From NCBI GenBank assembly GCA_963666565.1, contig OY762911.1:416001-480000 (forward strand): 64,000 nucleotides of DNA, given 5' to 3'. Positions 23,183 through 31,660 of the stretch are shown piece after piece. Within the stretch, counting starts at the first letter, position 1, and each line of letters opens with the position of its first letter. Made by a program: the position numbers and the translations under genes. Under the pieces are notes generated by a model. It saw nothing but the letters and a program-made list of their open reading frames with translations. It made no database searches and was not told the DNA's origin. This DNA comes from Thermoanaerobaculia bacterium (lineage in GTDB: Bacteria > Acidobacteriota > Thermoanaerobaculia > Multivoradales > Multivoraceae).

Positions 23183-24954
23183 GGTCCGTTGCCGGCATCG
23201 TCGGGCTTGCCCTGGCCTCGGCGGCCGCGCCCGTGGAGACCCGGGCCGGCGCCGGCGAGGTCCTCTTCACCGACGCCACCGGGAGCGCCGGCCTCGACTT
23301 CCGGCACTGGAACGGCATGAGCGGTCAGCTCTACTACCCGGAGGTCGTCGGCGCCGGCGCGGCCCTCTTCGACTACGACAACGACGGCGATCTCGACCTC
23401 TACCTGGTCCAGGGCGCCCTGCTCGGCGCCGACGGAGATCCCGCCGCGGCGACGACGCCCTGGACCGGCGAATGGCCGCCCCGGGACCGGTTGTACCGAA
23501 ACGACCTCGCGGTGCGCGACGGCCGCGCGACGGTCCGCTTCGTCGACGTGACGGAGGAGAGCGGCATCGCGGCCTTCGGCTACGGAATGGGCGCGGTGGC
23601 CGCCGATCTCGACAACGACGGTTGGGTGGACCTCTACGTCCTCAACCTGGGCAGGAACGAACTCTGGCGCAACGAGGGCGACGGCACGTTCACCGACCGG
23701 ACGGAAGCGAGCGGCACGGGCGACCCGCGCTGGAGCGTCGCGGCGGCCGCCGCCGACTACGACGGCGACCTGGACCTCGACCTGTTCGTCGTGAACTACC
23801 TCGACTTCTCCCTGGCCACCCACAAGACATGCCTCACCGAACGGGGAGAGGTGGACTACTGCCTGCCGGGCGCCTACCAGCCGGCGCCGGACGGCCTGCT
23901 GGCGAACGACGGCGCGGGACGGTTCGAGGACGCGACGGCGCGGGCTGGGCTGACCGCGGCGCGCCCCGGCAACGGACTCGGCGTGCTCGCGGCCGACCTC
24001 GACGGCGACCGCAGGCTCGACTTCTACGTCGCGAACGACCTGATGCCGAATCACCTCTGGATCAACGACGGCGGCGGCAAACTGGTCGAGGACGGCCTGG
24101 TCGGCGGCGCCGCTCTCAACGCGGAGGGCGAGGCCGAGGCGAGCATGGGCGTCGCCGGCGGCGACTACGACGGGGACGGCGACCTCGACCTCTTCCTGAC
24201 GCACTTCCACCGCGAGACGAACACCCTCTACCGGAACGACTCGAAACCCGGCGCAGCGGAGTTCCGGGACCGGACGAACGCCGCTGGACTGGGGCGGCCG
24301 AGCTGGGACGCGACCTCGTTCGGCACCGCCTTCGTCGATCTCGACAACGACGGCTGGCTGGACCTCGCCGCGGTCAACGGCGCCGTCACCTTCGCCGCCG
24401 GGAGGCCCCGGACGGACGAGGATCCGTTCCCCCTGGACCAGCCGAACCAGGCCTTCCTGAACGTGGCCGATGGCGGGGGCGGACGCCGCTTCGAACCGGC
24501 GCCGGGCGGTCTGCTCGACGGCGCGGCGCCGCTGGTCAGCCGCGGCCTGGCCGCCGGCGACGTGGACAACGACGGCGACGCGGACCTGGTCGTCACGAAC
24601 AACAACGGTCCCGCCCGGCTGCTGCTCAACCAGGCCCCGGCGACCGGCGCCTGGTTCGGCGTGGCGCCCCGGCTCGACGCGGAGCGGGGCCGCCGGCCGG
24701 CGTCGGGCGTCACCGTGCGGTTCCACCGGACCGGCGCCGCGCCGCTGGTTCGCCTTGCGGGCGGCGGGGGCAGCTACGCTTCCTGGGGAGATCCCCGGGT
24801 CGCGGTCCCGGCGGACGGCGCCGGGATCGACCGCGTCGAGGTCCAGTGGACGGACGGAACGGTCGAGGAGTGGCCGGCGCCGCCGCTCACGGCCTACACT
24901 TCCCTGGTTCGCGGCGCCGGCGAGAAGCGCCGCGGGCGGGAAGAGAGACCATGA
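23179..24954 (+). CDS. Secreted CRTAC1-like protein with FG-GAP/VCBS repeats and an ASPIC/UnbV domain
   Basis: TTG start overlaps the previous stop. FTDAT..AGLDFRH.NG, GAGAALFDYDNDGDLD, EASMG, SRGLAAGDVDNDGD, GGSYAS. Confidence 0.88.
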   Translation: MRSVAGIVGLALASAAAPVETRAGAGEVLFTDATGSAGLDFRHWNGMSGQLYYPEVVGAGAALFDYDNDGDLDLYLVQGALLGADGDPAAATTPWTGEWPPRDRLYRNDLAVRDGRATVRFVDVTEESGIAAFGYGMGAVAADLDNDGWVDLYVLNLGRNELWRNEGDGTFTDRTEASGTGDPRWSVAAAAADYDGDLDLDLFVVNYLDFSLATHKTCLTERGEVDYCLPGAYQPAPDGLLANDGAGRFEDATARAGLTAARPGNGLGVLAADLDGDRRLDFYVANDLMPNHLWINDGGGKLVEDGLVGGAALNAEGEAEASMGVAGGDYDGDGDLDLFLTHFHRETNTLYRNDSKPGAAEFRDRTNAAGLGRPSWDATSFGTAFVDLDNDGWLDLAAVNGAVTFAAGRPRTDEDPFPLDQPNQAFLNVADGGGGRRFEPAPGGLLDGAAPLVSRGLAAGDVDNDGDADLVVTNNNGPARLLLNQAPATGAWFGVAPRLDAERGRRPASGVTVRFHRTGAAPLVRLAGGGGSYASWGDPRVAVPADGAGIDRVEVQWTDGTVEEWPAPPLTAYTSLVRGAGEKRRGREERP

Positions 24955-27083
24955 CGAATCCGACGCGCCTCCAGCGGTACGCCCTCGCGCAACGCGGCGA
25001 AGTGCGGCCGGCGCCGCTTCGGCGTCCCCGGCGGGCTCGCGGTCGCGGCGAGGCGTTCCGTGGACTGCACGGACCGGGCGCCGCGGTCGCCGGGTGCGCC
25101 TTGGCTCTGCTTTGCCTCTGCGCGGCCGCCGGTCTCCACGCGCAGGACGTGGCGCCGGCCCGGCTGGTCCCGATTCCCGAGGTCGATCTGCGGGGCGTCG
25201 ACGAAGCGGTGCGCGACCAGATCGACCGGCAGCGCGGGCTGCTGGAGGACGCGCTCGCCCGGGGAGCGTCCACCGAAGCCGACGCCGAGCAGTTGGGCCT
25301 CCTGTTCGGCGACGCGGGCCAGCTCTACCTGGTCTACGACCTGCTGCCGGCCGCGAGAGCCTGTCTCGCGAACGCCGCCGAGCTGCAGCCCGCGAACTTC
25401 CGCTGGCGCTATCTCCTCGGCAGCGCCGCCGAGCACCTGGGGGAGCTCGAGGAAGCCGTCGACGCCTACGGCCAGGCCAGGGCGTTCCGTCCCGACGACC
25501 CCGCCATCGCGATCCGGCTCGGCCGCGTGCATCTCGAACTCGGGCGGTACGAGGAAGCCCGCGGCAACTACCAGCGGGCCCTCGGCCTGCCGGGCTCGGT
25601 CGCCGCGGCCCACTTCGGCCTCGGCCGCGTCGCCTTCGAGACGGACGACCCGACGACCGCGCTCCGGCACTTCCAGGCGGCGCTGCGCGAGCAGCCGCGG
25701 GCCGATTCGCTCCACTACCACATCGCCCTCGCCCATCGCGCGCGCGGCGACGACGCGGCGACGCGCGCCGCGATGGAGTTGCGCGGCGAGGCGCCGGTGG
25801 CCTTCGCCGATCCGATCGCGGCCGAGATCAAGGAGTCGGCGACGGGCATCGGCGCCCGGTTGCTCCTGGGCCGCGTAGCCCTGTCGGCGAACGCGTTCGA
25901 GACCGCCGAAGAGCAGTTCCGCGAAGCCGTCCGCGACTATCCCGAGAGCGCGGCGGCTAAGCGCTCGCTGGCGGCGGCACTGGAGGGCATGGGCCGGCGG
26001 GCGGAAGCGGCGATGTGGTACCAGGAGGCCCTGGAACTCAGCCCGAACGACGTCGGGCTCCTGTTCCGGACCGGCCTTCTCTACAACAGCGAGGGCCGCT
26101 GGGAGGCCGCGGCCGAACGGCTCGGGCGGGCGGTCGAGATCGAGCCGTCGTTCGGGCCGGCGTGGGTCGAGCTGGCCCGGAGCCTCGGCGAGACCGGCGA
26201 CCGCCTGGAGGCCGCGGAGGCTCTGACGCGGGCGCTCGAACTCGCCCCGGGCGACCGCAATCTCCGGTTCCACCGGGCCGGCAACTACCGGCTCGGCGGC
26301 CGGCGGGAACTCGCGCTGCGCGAGTTCGAGTCCCTGCTGGCGGACTTCGGATTCGACCGCGAGATCGTGCTGACGCTGGGGCGGATCGAGCAGGAACTCG
26401 GGCGGCCGGCCTCGGCGGTCCGCCGCTTCGAGCAACTGGTCGAGGCGGGGGCCGAGCCGGCCCAGTTGAGTCAGGCGCACTTCGAACTCGGCAACATCCG
26501 CACGGAGCAGGAGCGCTACGAGGAGGCGATTCCTCACTACCAGCGCGCGATCGCCTTCAACCCGACGCTGAAGGAGGCGTACTTCAACCTGGGCACGGCG
26601 CTCGGCCGGCTGGGCCAGTTCACCGAAGCCGCGCTCGCCGCCCGCCGCGCGCTCGAACTCGATCCCGACGACAGCAGGGCCCGCGCGGCCGAGGTGACCG
26701 CCCTGCTGCTGGCGGGCGAGGACGCCCGGGTCCGCCTGATGCTGGAACAGACGCTGGAGCTTCCCGACCGAGGCGGCAGCGGCTTCTTCGCCCTGCTCCT
26801 CGCCGAAGTCCTGGCCGCATCCGAAGACGATTCGGTGCGGGACGGCGACGCGGCTCTGCGTCTGGCCATGGACCTCTTCCAGCGTGCCCAAACGCCGGCC
26901 CACGGCGCCGTCGTCGCCCTCGCCTACGCCGCGACCGGCGACTTCGAGCAGGCCGTCGCGTGGCAGCAACGCCTGATCGAGAACCTCGAACGCGCCGGCG
27001 CCGCCGAAGCGCTGCCCGCCGCCCGCGAGCGGCTGGCCGCGTACCAGGCCGGCCAGCCGGTCCGGGCCCCCTGGCGCCGCTGA
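24951..27083 (+). CDS. Exported tetratricopeptide repeat protein
   Basis: Hydrophobic signal-like segment followed by many TPR units (WRYLLG...A..AY..A...P; AHFELG...YEEAIPHYQRAIAFNP). C-terminal AYAATGDFEQAVAWQ. Confidence 0.85.
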   Translation: MTNPTRLQRYALAQRGEVRPAPLRRPRRARGRGEAFRGLHGPGAAVAGCALALLCLCAAAGLHAQDVAPARLVPIPEVDLRGVDEAVRDQIDRQRGLLEDALARGASTEADAEQLGLLFGDAGQLYLVYDLLPAARACLANAAELQPANFRWRYLLGSAAEHLGELEEAVDAYGQARAFRPDDPAIAIRLGRVHLELGRYEEARGNYQRALGLPGSVAAAHFGLGRVAFETDDPTTALRHFQAALREQPRADSLHYHIALAHRARGDDAATRAAMELRGEAPVAFADPIAAEIKESATGIGARLLLGRVALSANAFETAEEQFREAVRDYPESAAAKRSLAAALEGMGRRAEAAMWYQEALELSPNDVGLLFRTGLLYNSEGRWEAAAERLGRAVEIEPSFGPAWVELARSLGETGDRLEAAEALTRALELAPGDRNLRFHRAGNYRLGGRRELALREFESLLADFGFDREIVLTLGRIEQELGRPASAVRRFEQLVEAGAEPAQLSQAHFELGNIRTEQERYEEAIPHYQRAIAFNPTLKEAYFNLGTALGRLGQFTEAALAARRALELDPDDSRARAAEVTALLLAGEDARVRLMLEQTLELPDRGGSGFFALLLAEVLAASEDDSVRDGDAALRLAMDLFQRAQTPAHGAVVALAYAATGDFEQAVAWQQRLIENLERAGAAEALPAARERLAAYQAGQPVRAPWRR

Positions 27084-27089
27084 CGGGCC

Positions 27090-27138
27090 GGGTGCGCGGG
27101 TCTTCCGACCGCTGGGTGCGCGGGTCTTCTGACCCGCT
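27090..27138 (-). repeat. Two tandem REP-like units, reverse orientation
   Basis: GGGTGCGCGGGTCTTC(C/T)GACC(C)GC twice. Another copy lies at 27626-27649. Confidence 0.75.
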
Positions 27139-27311
27139 TGTGGGCGACGACGCGAAGCGGAGGAGCCCGAGGAGAACAGCCGCCGGCCACAGGCCGGCGA
27201 CCATTTGAGTCCGCGGCGCGATGGCTGTCGCGTGGCGACGGAAGCGTGGCCACCGCAGCGTAACGACGCTCTGCAACGCGGAGACGGTGCCTGCTGCCGC
27301 CTCGGCCGGCC

Positions 27312-27469
27312 GGACCGAAGGGAAGGGGTCCCAGCGGCCGCTCGCGCTCTCTGAGTAGAGGGAAGGTCGGCGCTCGCTTCGGTCGGCTGCGTTCCGCTCC
27401 GGCGTCGGTTTCGGGACGACCTGGGAAGTCACTTGCCTCCAGCCCGCTGGGACCCCTTCCCTTCGGTCC
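27312..27469 (-). repeat. ~160-bp structured element, copy 1 (26-bp perfect terminal inverted repeat)
   Basis: GGACCGAAGGGAAGGGGTCCCAGCGG (27312-27337) and its exact reverse complement (27444-27469). Interior is homologous to 47150-47321. Confidence 0.8.
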
Positions 27470-27756
27470 TTGCCGAGGCTGAACGCTCTCAGCCGGGCAC
27501 CACGTGGCACCCAGAGTGTCGGTGCGCCGGCGTTCCGGCCGACACCGCTACAGGCTCACGGCACGGGCCCCCGTTGCTTCGGGTGATTGCAGCAGAACGA
27601 CAGCCCATGCCGAACGCGGCGCTCCGGGTGCGCGGGTCTTCCGACCCGCCTCCGGGCGACGCCGCGGAGCGGCGAAGCCAAAAGAACAGCCACCGGCCGA
27701 GGCCGGCGACCTCTCTTCGGTCATCAAGATGCTGCGGAGCGCACTACGACGAGCGT

Positions 27757-29013
27757 TCAGCCATCGGAGAGCATCTGCCGGAGGCGCGGATGGAGAACGC
27801 TGACGGGGCGATTCGCACGATCGCGCATCCAGGCGACGGCCTCACGATACTCCGCGCTCTCTTCGCTGCTTCCGAACAGTGGCGGCACGCATTCTCGACG
27901 GAAGCCGACGCACTTGCCTCCATGCGAAGTGGGCCATTCCTCCAGATCGTCCCAAGGACGATCCCCGTCGGATTGAGGCGACTGCATCTCCCGCTTCAGA
28001 TCGTCGACCGCAGCCAGCGCTTCATCGAAGACCCGTTCTTCTCGCGCCCAGCCCTTCCGGGCGCTCAAGTAACAAGCGATGGCCTTTCCGTAACGGGAGA
28101 GAGAAAAGACGAACCGCAAGGCTTCGCCGTTCAAGCCGGAGCCACGGACCTTGACGTGCATTGGGTGGCCCTTCTCGAGTTCCGAGTCCGGATCGGCGAA
28201 GGCGAAGTCCTCGCTGAAGACCGCTCGCCAGAACCTCTCGGTCTCCCTATCCCAGTCGTCCTCGGGAACATCGGGCTCCTCCTCCAAGGACTGGACCGGC
28301 GTTGCACCCTCCACGACAAACCGCTGCACGATCTCGGTCCGGGCCAGGACACGGGGCTGAACGAGGAGCCGGTCAGGCCCATCCCGGTACAGCGCCGCCT
28401 CGACGAGGGCGAGATTGAAGCGGAGACCGCTGTGGCTTTGCACGAAGTCGACGATCTTCTCGGCCCGCTCCCGAATGCCGTCGCCGATGATCAGAAGCAG
28501 GAACTCGCCACGGTCCAGATGACGCGTGACGTTGTCGACGAACTCGGCCTCGACGACGTCCGGATTCCGCCTGGAGACCAACTCGTAGAGGACGTTGGAG
28601 CCCTCCCTGCCAAGTGCCAGGGAGACTTGGCGTTGCAGGTCCTCGTAGCTCCATGAAGCGAGATCCTTCGCGTAGTCGAGGATCTGGCCGATCACCTCGC
28701 GGCGCGCCTGGGGATTGCGCCACAGCTTGAACTCGCACAGCGTCAAGCGGCCCTGGGCATTGACGTACAGCGCGTCGATGCTGCCGGCGGGCACCGAGAG
28801 TTCCCGGCAGACCGGAACCGCGTCGCCGTACGCCGAGTCGATAGCGGCGATCGGGAGACACTCCGGATGGTCGAATAGGAGCTTCTGAAGGGTCGCCTCG
28901 TCAACGCCTCCATCCGCCGGGCGCAACCCCAAACGGACCCGGTGCAAGATCTCCGAGCTTCCGGCCTCGACGTCAACGCGGATGAGTGCACCGTAGCGGG
29001 ATTCCCTGCTCAT
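27757..29013 (-). CDS. Putative PD-(D/E)XK nuclease (NucS/Mrr-like motif)
   Basis: DEATLQKLL, IDALYV...LTLCEFKL (D..ExK), REVIGQILDYA (QxxxY). Composition is less GC-rich than the flanks. Confidence 0.6.
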   Translation of the reverse strand: MSRESRYGALIRVDVEAGSSEILHRVRLGLRPADGGVDEATLQKLLFDHPECLPIAAIDSAYGDAVPVCRELSVPAGSIDALYVNAQGRLTLCEFKLWRNPQARREVIGQILDYAKDLASWSYEDLQRQVSLALGREGSNVLYELVSRRNPDVVEAEFVDNVTRHLDRGEFLLLIIGDGIRERAEKIVDFVQSHSGLRFNLALVEAALYRDGPDRLLVQPRVLARTEIVQRFVVEGATPVQSLEEEPDVPEDDWDRETERFWRAVFSEDFAFADPDSELEKGHPMHVKVRGSGLNGEALRFVFSLSRYGKAIACYLSARKGWAREERVFDEALAAVDDLKREMQSPQSDGDRPWDDLEEWPTSHGGKCVGFRRECVPPLFGSSEESAEYREAVAWMRDRANRPVSVLHPRLRQMLSDG

Positions 29014-29054
29014 GGCTTCTCCGGAGGCTATCCGAACGCCGACCTTCCGGCTCT

Positions 29055-29522
29055 TCAGGACAGAAAGACCGAAACAAAGTGCCGCGGAGACACGACCGAG
29101 ACGCCGCTCGGCGGAGTCCGCAGAAGCAGTCGGTCACCGGTAACCAGGTGGGCGCTCGGTTCGTTGGCGAGCAGTGCCCAAAGGTGGTTGTCGCCTTTGT
29201 CCGGGGCGTCGCCGGCGGCGAGCGGCTCCCGCCACACGGCGTTCGCTACCAAGTCGGTCAGGAACCGGTCGAGCCATGCGGACGTCAGGCCGTGCCGTTC
29301 GGCGAGCGCTGGACGCTGCAACACGGCCGAGTACTCACTCAACAAGGCGGGCGACATCAGGAACAGGAGCCTGCCGCCGATCATGGCGTCCATGATCCGG
29401 GCGGGGGGCGCGTTCGAGCCGCCATCGATCAGCCCCGAAACGACCACATTCGTGTCGACAATGCAAAGTGGCCGGTAACGCGGACCGCGGCCGCTCTTCC
29501 GCGGCCGTGATCCGCGCGCCAA
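29055..29522 (-). CDS. PIN-domain toxin of a type II TA system
   Basis: IVDTNVVVSGL, SPALLSEY..VL.RP, PDKGDNHL, LVTGD. Confidence 0.85.
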   Translation of the reverse strand: MARGSRPRKSGRGPRYRPLCIVDTNVVVSGLIDGGSNAPPARIMDAMIGGRLLFLMSPALLSEYSAVLQRPALAERHGLTSAWLDRFLTDLVANAVWREPLAAGDAPDKGDNHLWALLANEPSAHLVTGDRLLLRTPPSGVSVVSPRHFVSVFLS

Positions 29523-29525
29523 GGT

Positions 29526-29765
29526 CTACTTCCCTTCTCGGTAGCGCCGTGTCTCCCGGACCGCAAGAGCCATGGCCTGATCGGAGTCGAGCCCTGAGTT
29601 CGCGCGCGCCTGGAGTACGAGTTCTCGTGCCGTCTCGTAAGGGCGGATGCCCCTCAGTTCCAGGCTCTCTTCGATGATCGCGGCCATGGAACGGCCCTGG
29701 CGGGCCGCTGCTTCCTTCAATGCGCGGTGCGTTTGGTCTGCCAGCGTAACGGTCAGGCGGGTCAT
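29526..29765 (-). CDS. Ribbon-helix-helix (CopG-like) antitoxin
   Basis: 79 aa, RLTVTL..QTHRALKEAAARQGRSMAAIIEESL. Lies immediately upstream of the PIN toxin. Confidence 0.82.
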   Translation of the reverse strand: MTRLTVTLADQTHRALKEAAARQGRSMAAIIEESLELRGIRPYETARELVLQARANSGLDSDQAMALAVRETRRYREGK

Positions 29766-29801
29766 CGGGTGGGCACTCCGTGTTTGTCACCGACGTCGAC
29801 G

Positions 29802-29828
29802 TCAACGCACCATAGCATCAACGCACCA
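29802..29828 (-). promoter_or_regulatory. Putative TA operator/promoter
   Basis: The 11-bp direct repeat TCAACGCACCA at 29802-29812 and 29818-29828 overlaps an extended -10-like TGCTATGGT on the minus strand. Confidence 0.5.
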
Positions 29829-29853
29829 CTAGGGCCAAGGCCCCTTCCGAGCG

Positions 29854-30693
29854 TCAATCGGCTGCCAACTCGTAGCGGCCCGGTTCGGTCTCGGCCGCCT
29901 TGCCCTCTTCGACCAGGGCGTCGAGATGGGCCCGGAGCGAGAACGCAGCGGCGCCGTGGAGCTTCGGGTCGACGTCGGCGTAGATGCGTTCGACCATTTC
30001 GGGGATGGTGGCGACGCCGGCGGCGATGGCTTCCAGGGCCTGGTCGGTTCGTTGCTGGCGGTGGCGGTGGATCTCGCGGATCCGGTCGAGCGGGGGCTCG
30101 ATCGACTCGCCGTGGCCCGGGTGCAGGATGTCGATGCCGCCGCCTTGGCCGAGGTCGAGGAGCCGCTCGAGAGAGGCCATGTACTGGTTCAGGTTGCCGT
30201 CGGGCGGGGCGATGATCGACGTGGACCAGCCCATCACCAGGTCGGCGGTGAAGACGGCCCGTTCCTCCTCCAGCAGGAAACAGAGGTGGTCGCTGGCGTG
30301 GCCCGGGGTGTGGAGAGCCACCAGGGTCGTGCCGCCGGCCGAAAGGCGGGTACCGTCCTCCAGGCGGGGACCGGCGGTGAACGGCGGCTCCTCGCTGAAG
30401 GCGCGGATTTCGGCGTCGAAGTGCGACGCGACGCGGGGCGCCAGAGGCCAGTGGTCCCGGTGCGTATGGCTGATCAGCACGGCCGCCACGTCCCGGCCGC
30501 CGACGGCGTGAAGCATGGCCTCGAAGTGGGCGTCGTCTTCCTCCCCCGGATCGAGCACGAACGCCGGGCCGCCGGCGTCGCCGATGACCCAGGTGTTGGT
30601 GCCCGGACCGGTGAACATGCCCGGGTTGTCCTGGGTGACGCGGAGTACGCGGTCGGACAGCCGCACCGGCGTGCCCTTCAGAAGCGGGTGCAA
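29854..30693 (-). CDS. Metallo-beta-lactamase fold hydrolase (LACTB2-like)
   Basis: NPGMFTGPGTNTW, SHTHRDH (HxHxDH), HTPGHASDH, FTAD, PPDG..YMASL, HPGHG, C-terminal winged helix. Confidence 0.88.
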   Translation of the reverse strand: MHPLLKGTPVRLSDRVLRVTQDNPGMFTGPGTNTWVIGDAGGPAFVLDPGEEDDAHFEAMLHAVGGRDVAAVLISHTHRDHWPLAPRVASHFDAEIRAFSEEPPFTAGPRLEDGTRLSAGGTTLVALHTPGHASDHLCFLLEEERAVFTADLVMGWSTSIIAPPDGNLNQYMASLERLLDLGQGGGIDILHPGHGESIEPPLDRIREIHRHRQQRTDQALEAIAAGVATIPEMVERIYADVDPKLHGAAAFSLRAHLDALVEEGKAAETEPGRYELAAD

Positions 30694-30793
30694 GGTCAGG
30701 ACCGCCAGGAGTCGGCGCAGCGGTTTCCGCGACGTGGAGTCCCGGCGAGGTGAGGGCTGAGGCCGGACATGGCGCCTGCGACGGGCTTGGGCC

Positions 30794-31660
30794 CTAGCGG
30801 CTGAAGGCCCGCTGCCAGTCCTTCGCGTTCGCCGCGGAGGGGCGCATTGCCGCTTCCTCGTAGCCCTCGTCGCCGGGCAGCACGGCGCGCGCGGGCTCGT
30901 CCGGGGTGCGGCCCATCAGCACGCGGGGCTGCATGACGGGAAACTCGGCCTGGGCGTCGACGGCGGCGATGGCGGCGGCCGCGGTTTCGAACCGGTCCAG
31001 TTTCCGCAGGTTGCGGATGGTGGGGAAGATGATCATCCACTCCTTGCGGCACGCTCGCTCCAGCGCTTCCCGGGCGGTGACCCAGGCGGAACTCGTCAGT
31101 TCGTGGTCGTCGTGGGCGGCGGTCTGGTTCCGGGGCGCCCGCGTGACGAAGAAGCGGGTGTCGTAGCGCCTCGGCTGCCCTTCGGGAGTGATCCAGTGCG
31201 CCCAGTAGCTGATGCGGTCCGTGGCGAGGGTCAACCCCTCCGCGGCGGCGATGTCGAGCAGGGACCGTTCGCCGGCGTTCAGTTCGGCTCGCAGGCGTTC
31301 GAAGCGCTCTTCGACGGCCCGGTCCGAGAAGTCGAGGATCCGTCCATCGCGGTCGTAGGCCAGGAGGACGCCGGCCTCCTCGAAGCACTCGCGGATGGCG
31401 GCGACATAGAAGGTCAGGCCACCCTCGTCGAGCGCGAGCCGGGCGCTGGCCTCGCGGTCGGTGAGACCGCGGCACAGCGCTTCGTCCACCCGGTCTTCGG
31501 GGTCGACCCGGCCGCCCGGGAAGACGTAGGCGCCGCCGACGAAATCGGACCGGATGTGGCGGCGTTCCATGAACACCTCGACCCCGCGGTCGCTGTCCCG
31601 CAGCAGGAGGACGGTCGAGGCGTGCCGGGCCGCCACGGGGGACGCCGCCCGGTCAGCCAT
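30794..31660 (-). CDS. NUDIX hydrolase (NUDT19-like)
   Basis: ASTVLLLRD, FVGGAYVFPGGRVD, AAIRECFEEAGVLL, HWITP...RRYDTRFF, IFPT. Confidence 0.88.
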   Translation of the reverse strand: MADRAASPVAARHASTVLLLRDSDRGVEVFMERRHIRSDFVGGAYVFPGGRVDPEDRVDEALCRGLTDREASARLALDEGGLTFYVAAIRECFEEAGVLLAYDRDGRILDFSDRAVEERFERLRAELNAGERSLLDIAAAEGLTLATDRISYWAHWITPEGQPRRYDTRFFVTRAPRNQTAAHDDHELTSSAWVTAREALERACRKEWMIIFPTIRNLRKLDRFETAAAAIAAVDAQAEFPVMQPRVLMGRTPDEPARAVLPGDEGYEEAAMRPSAANAKDWQRAFSR

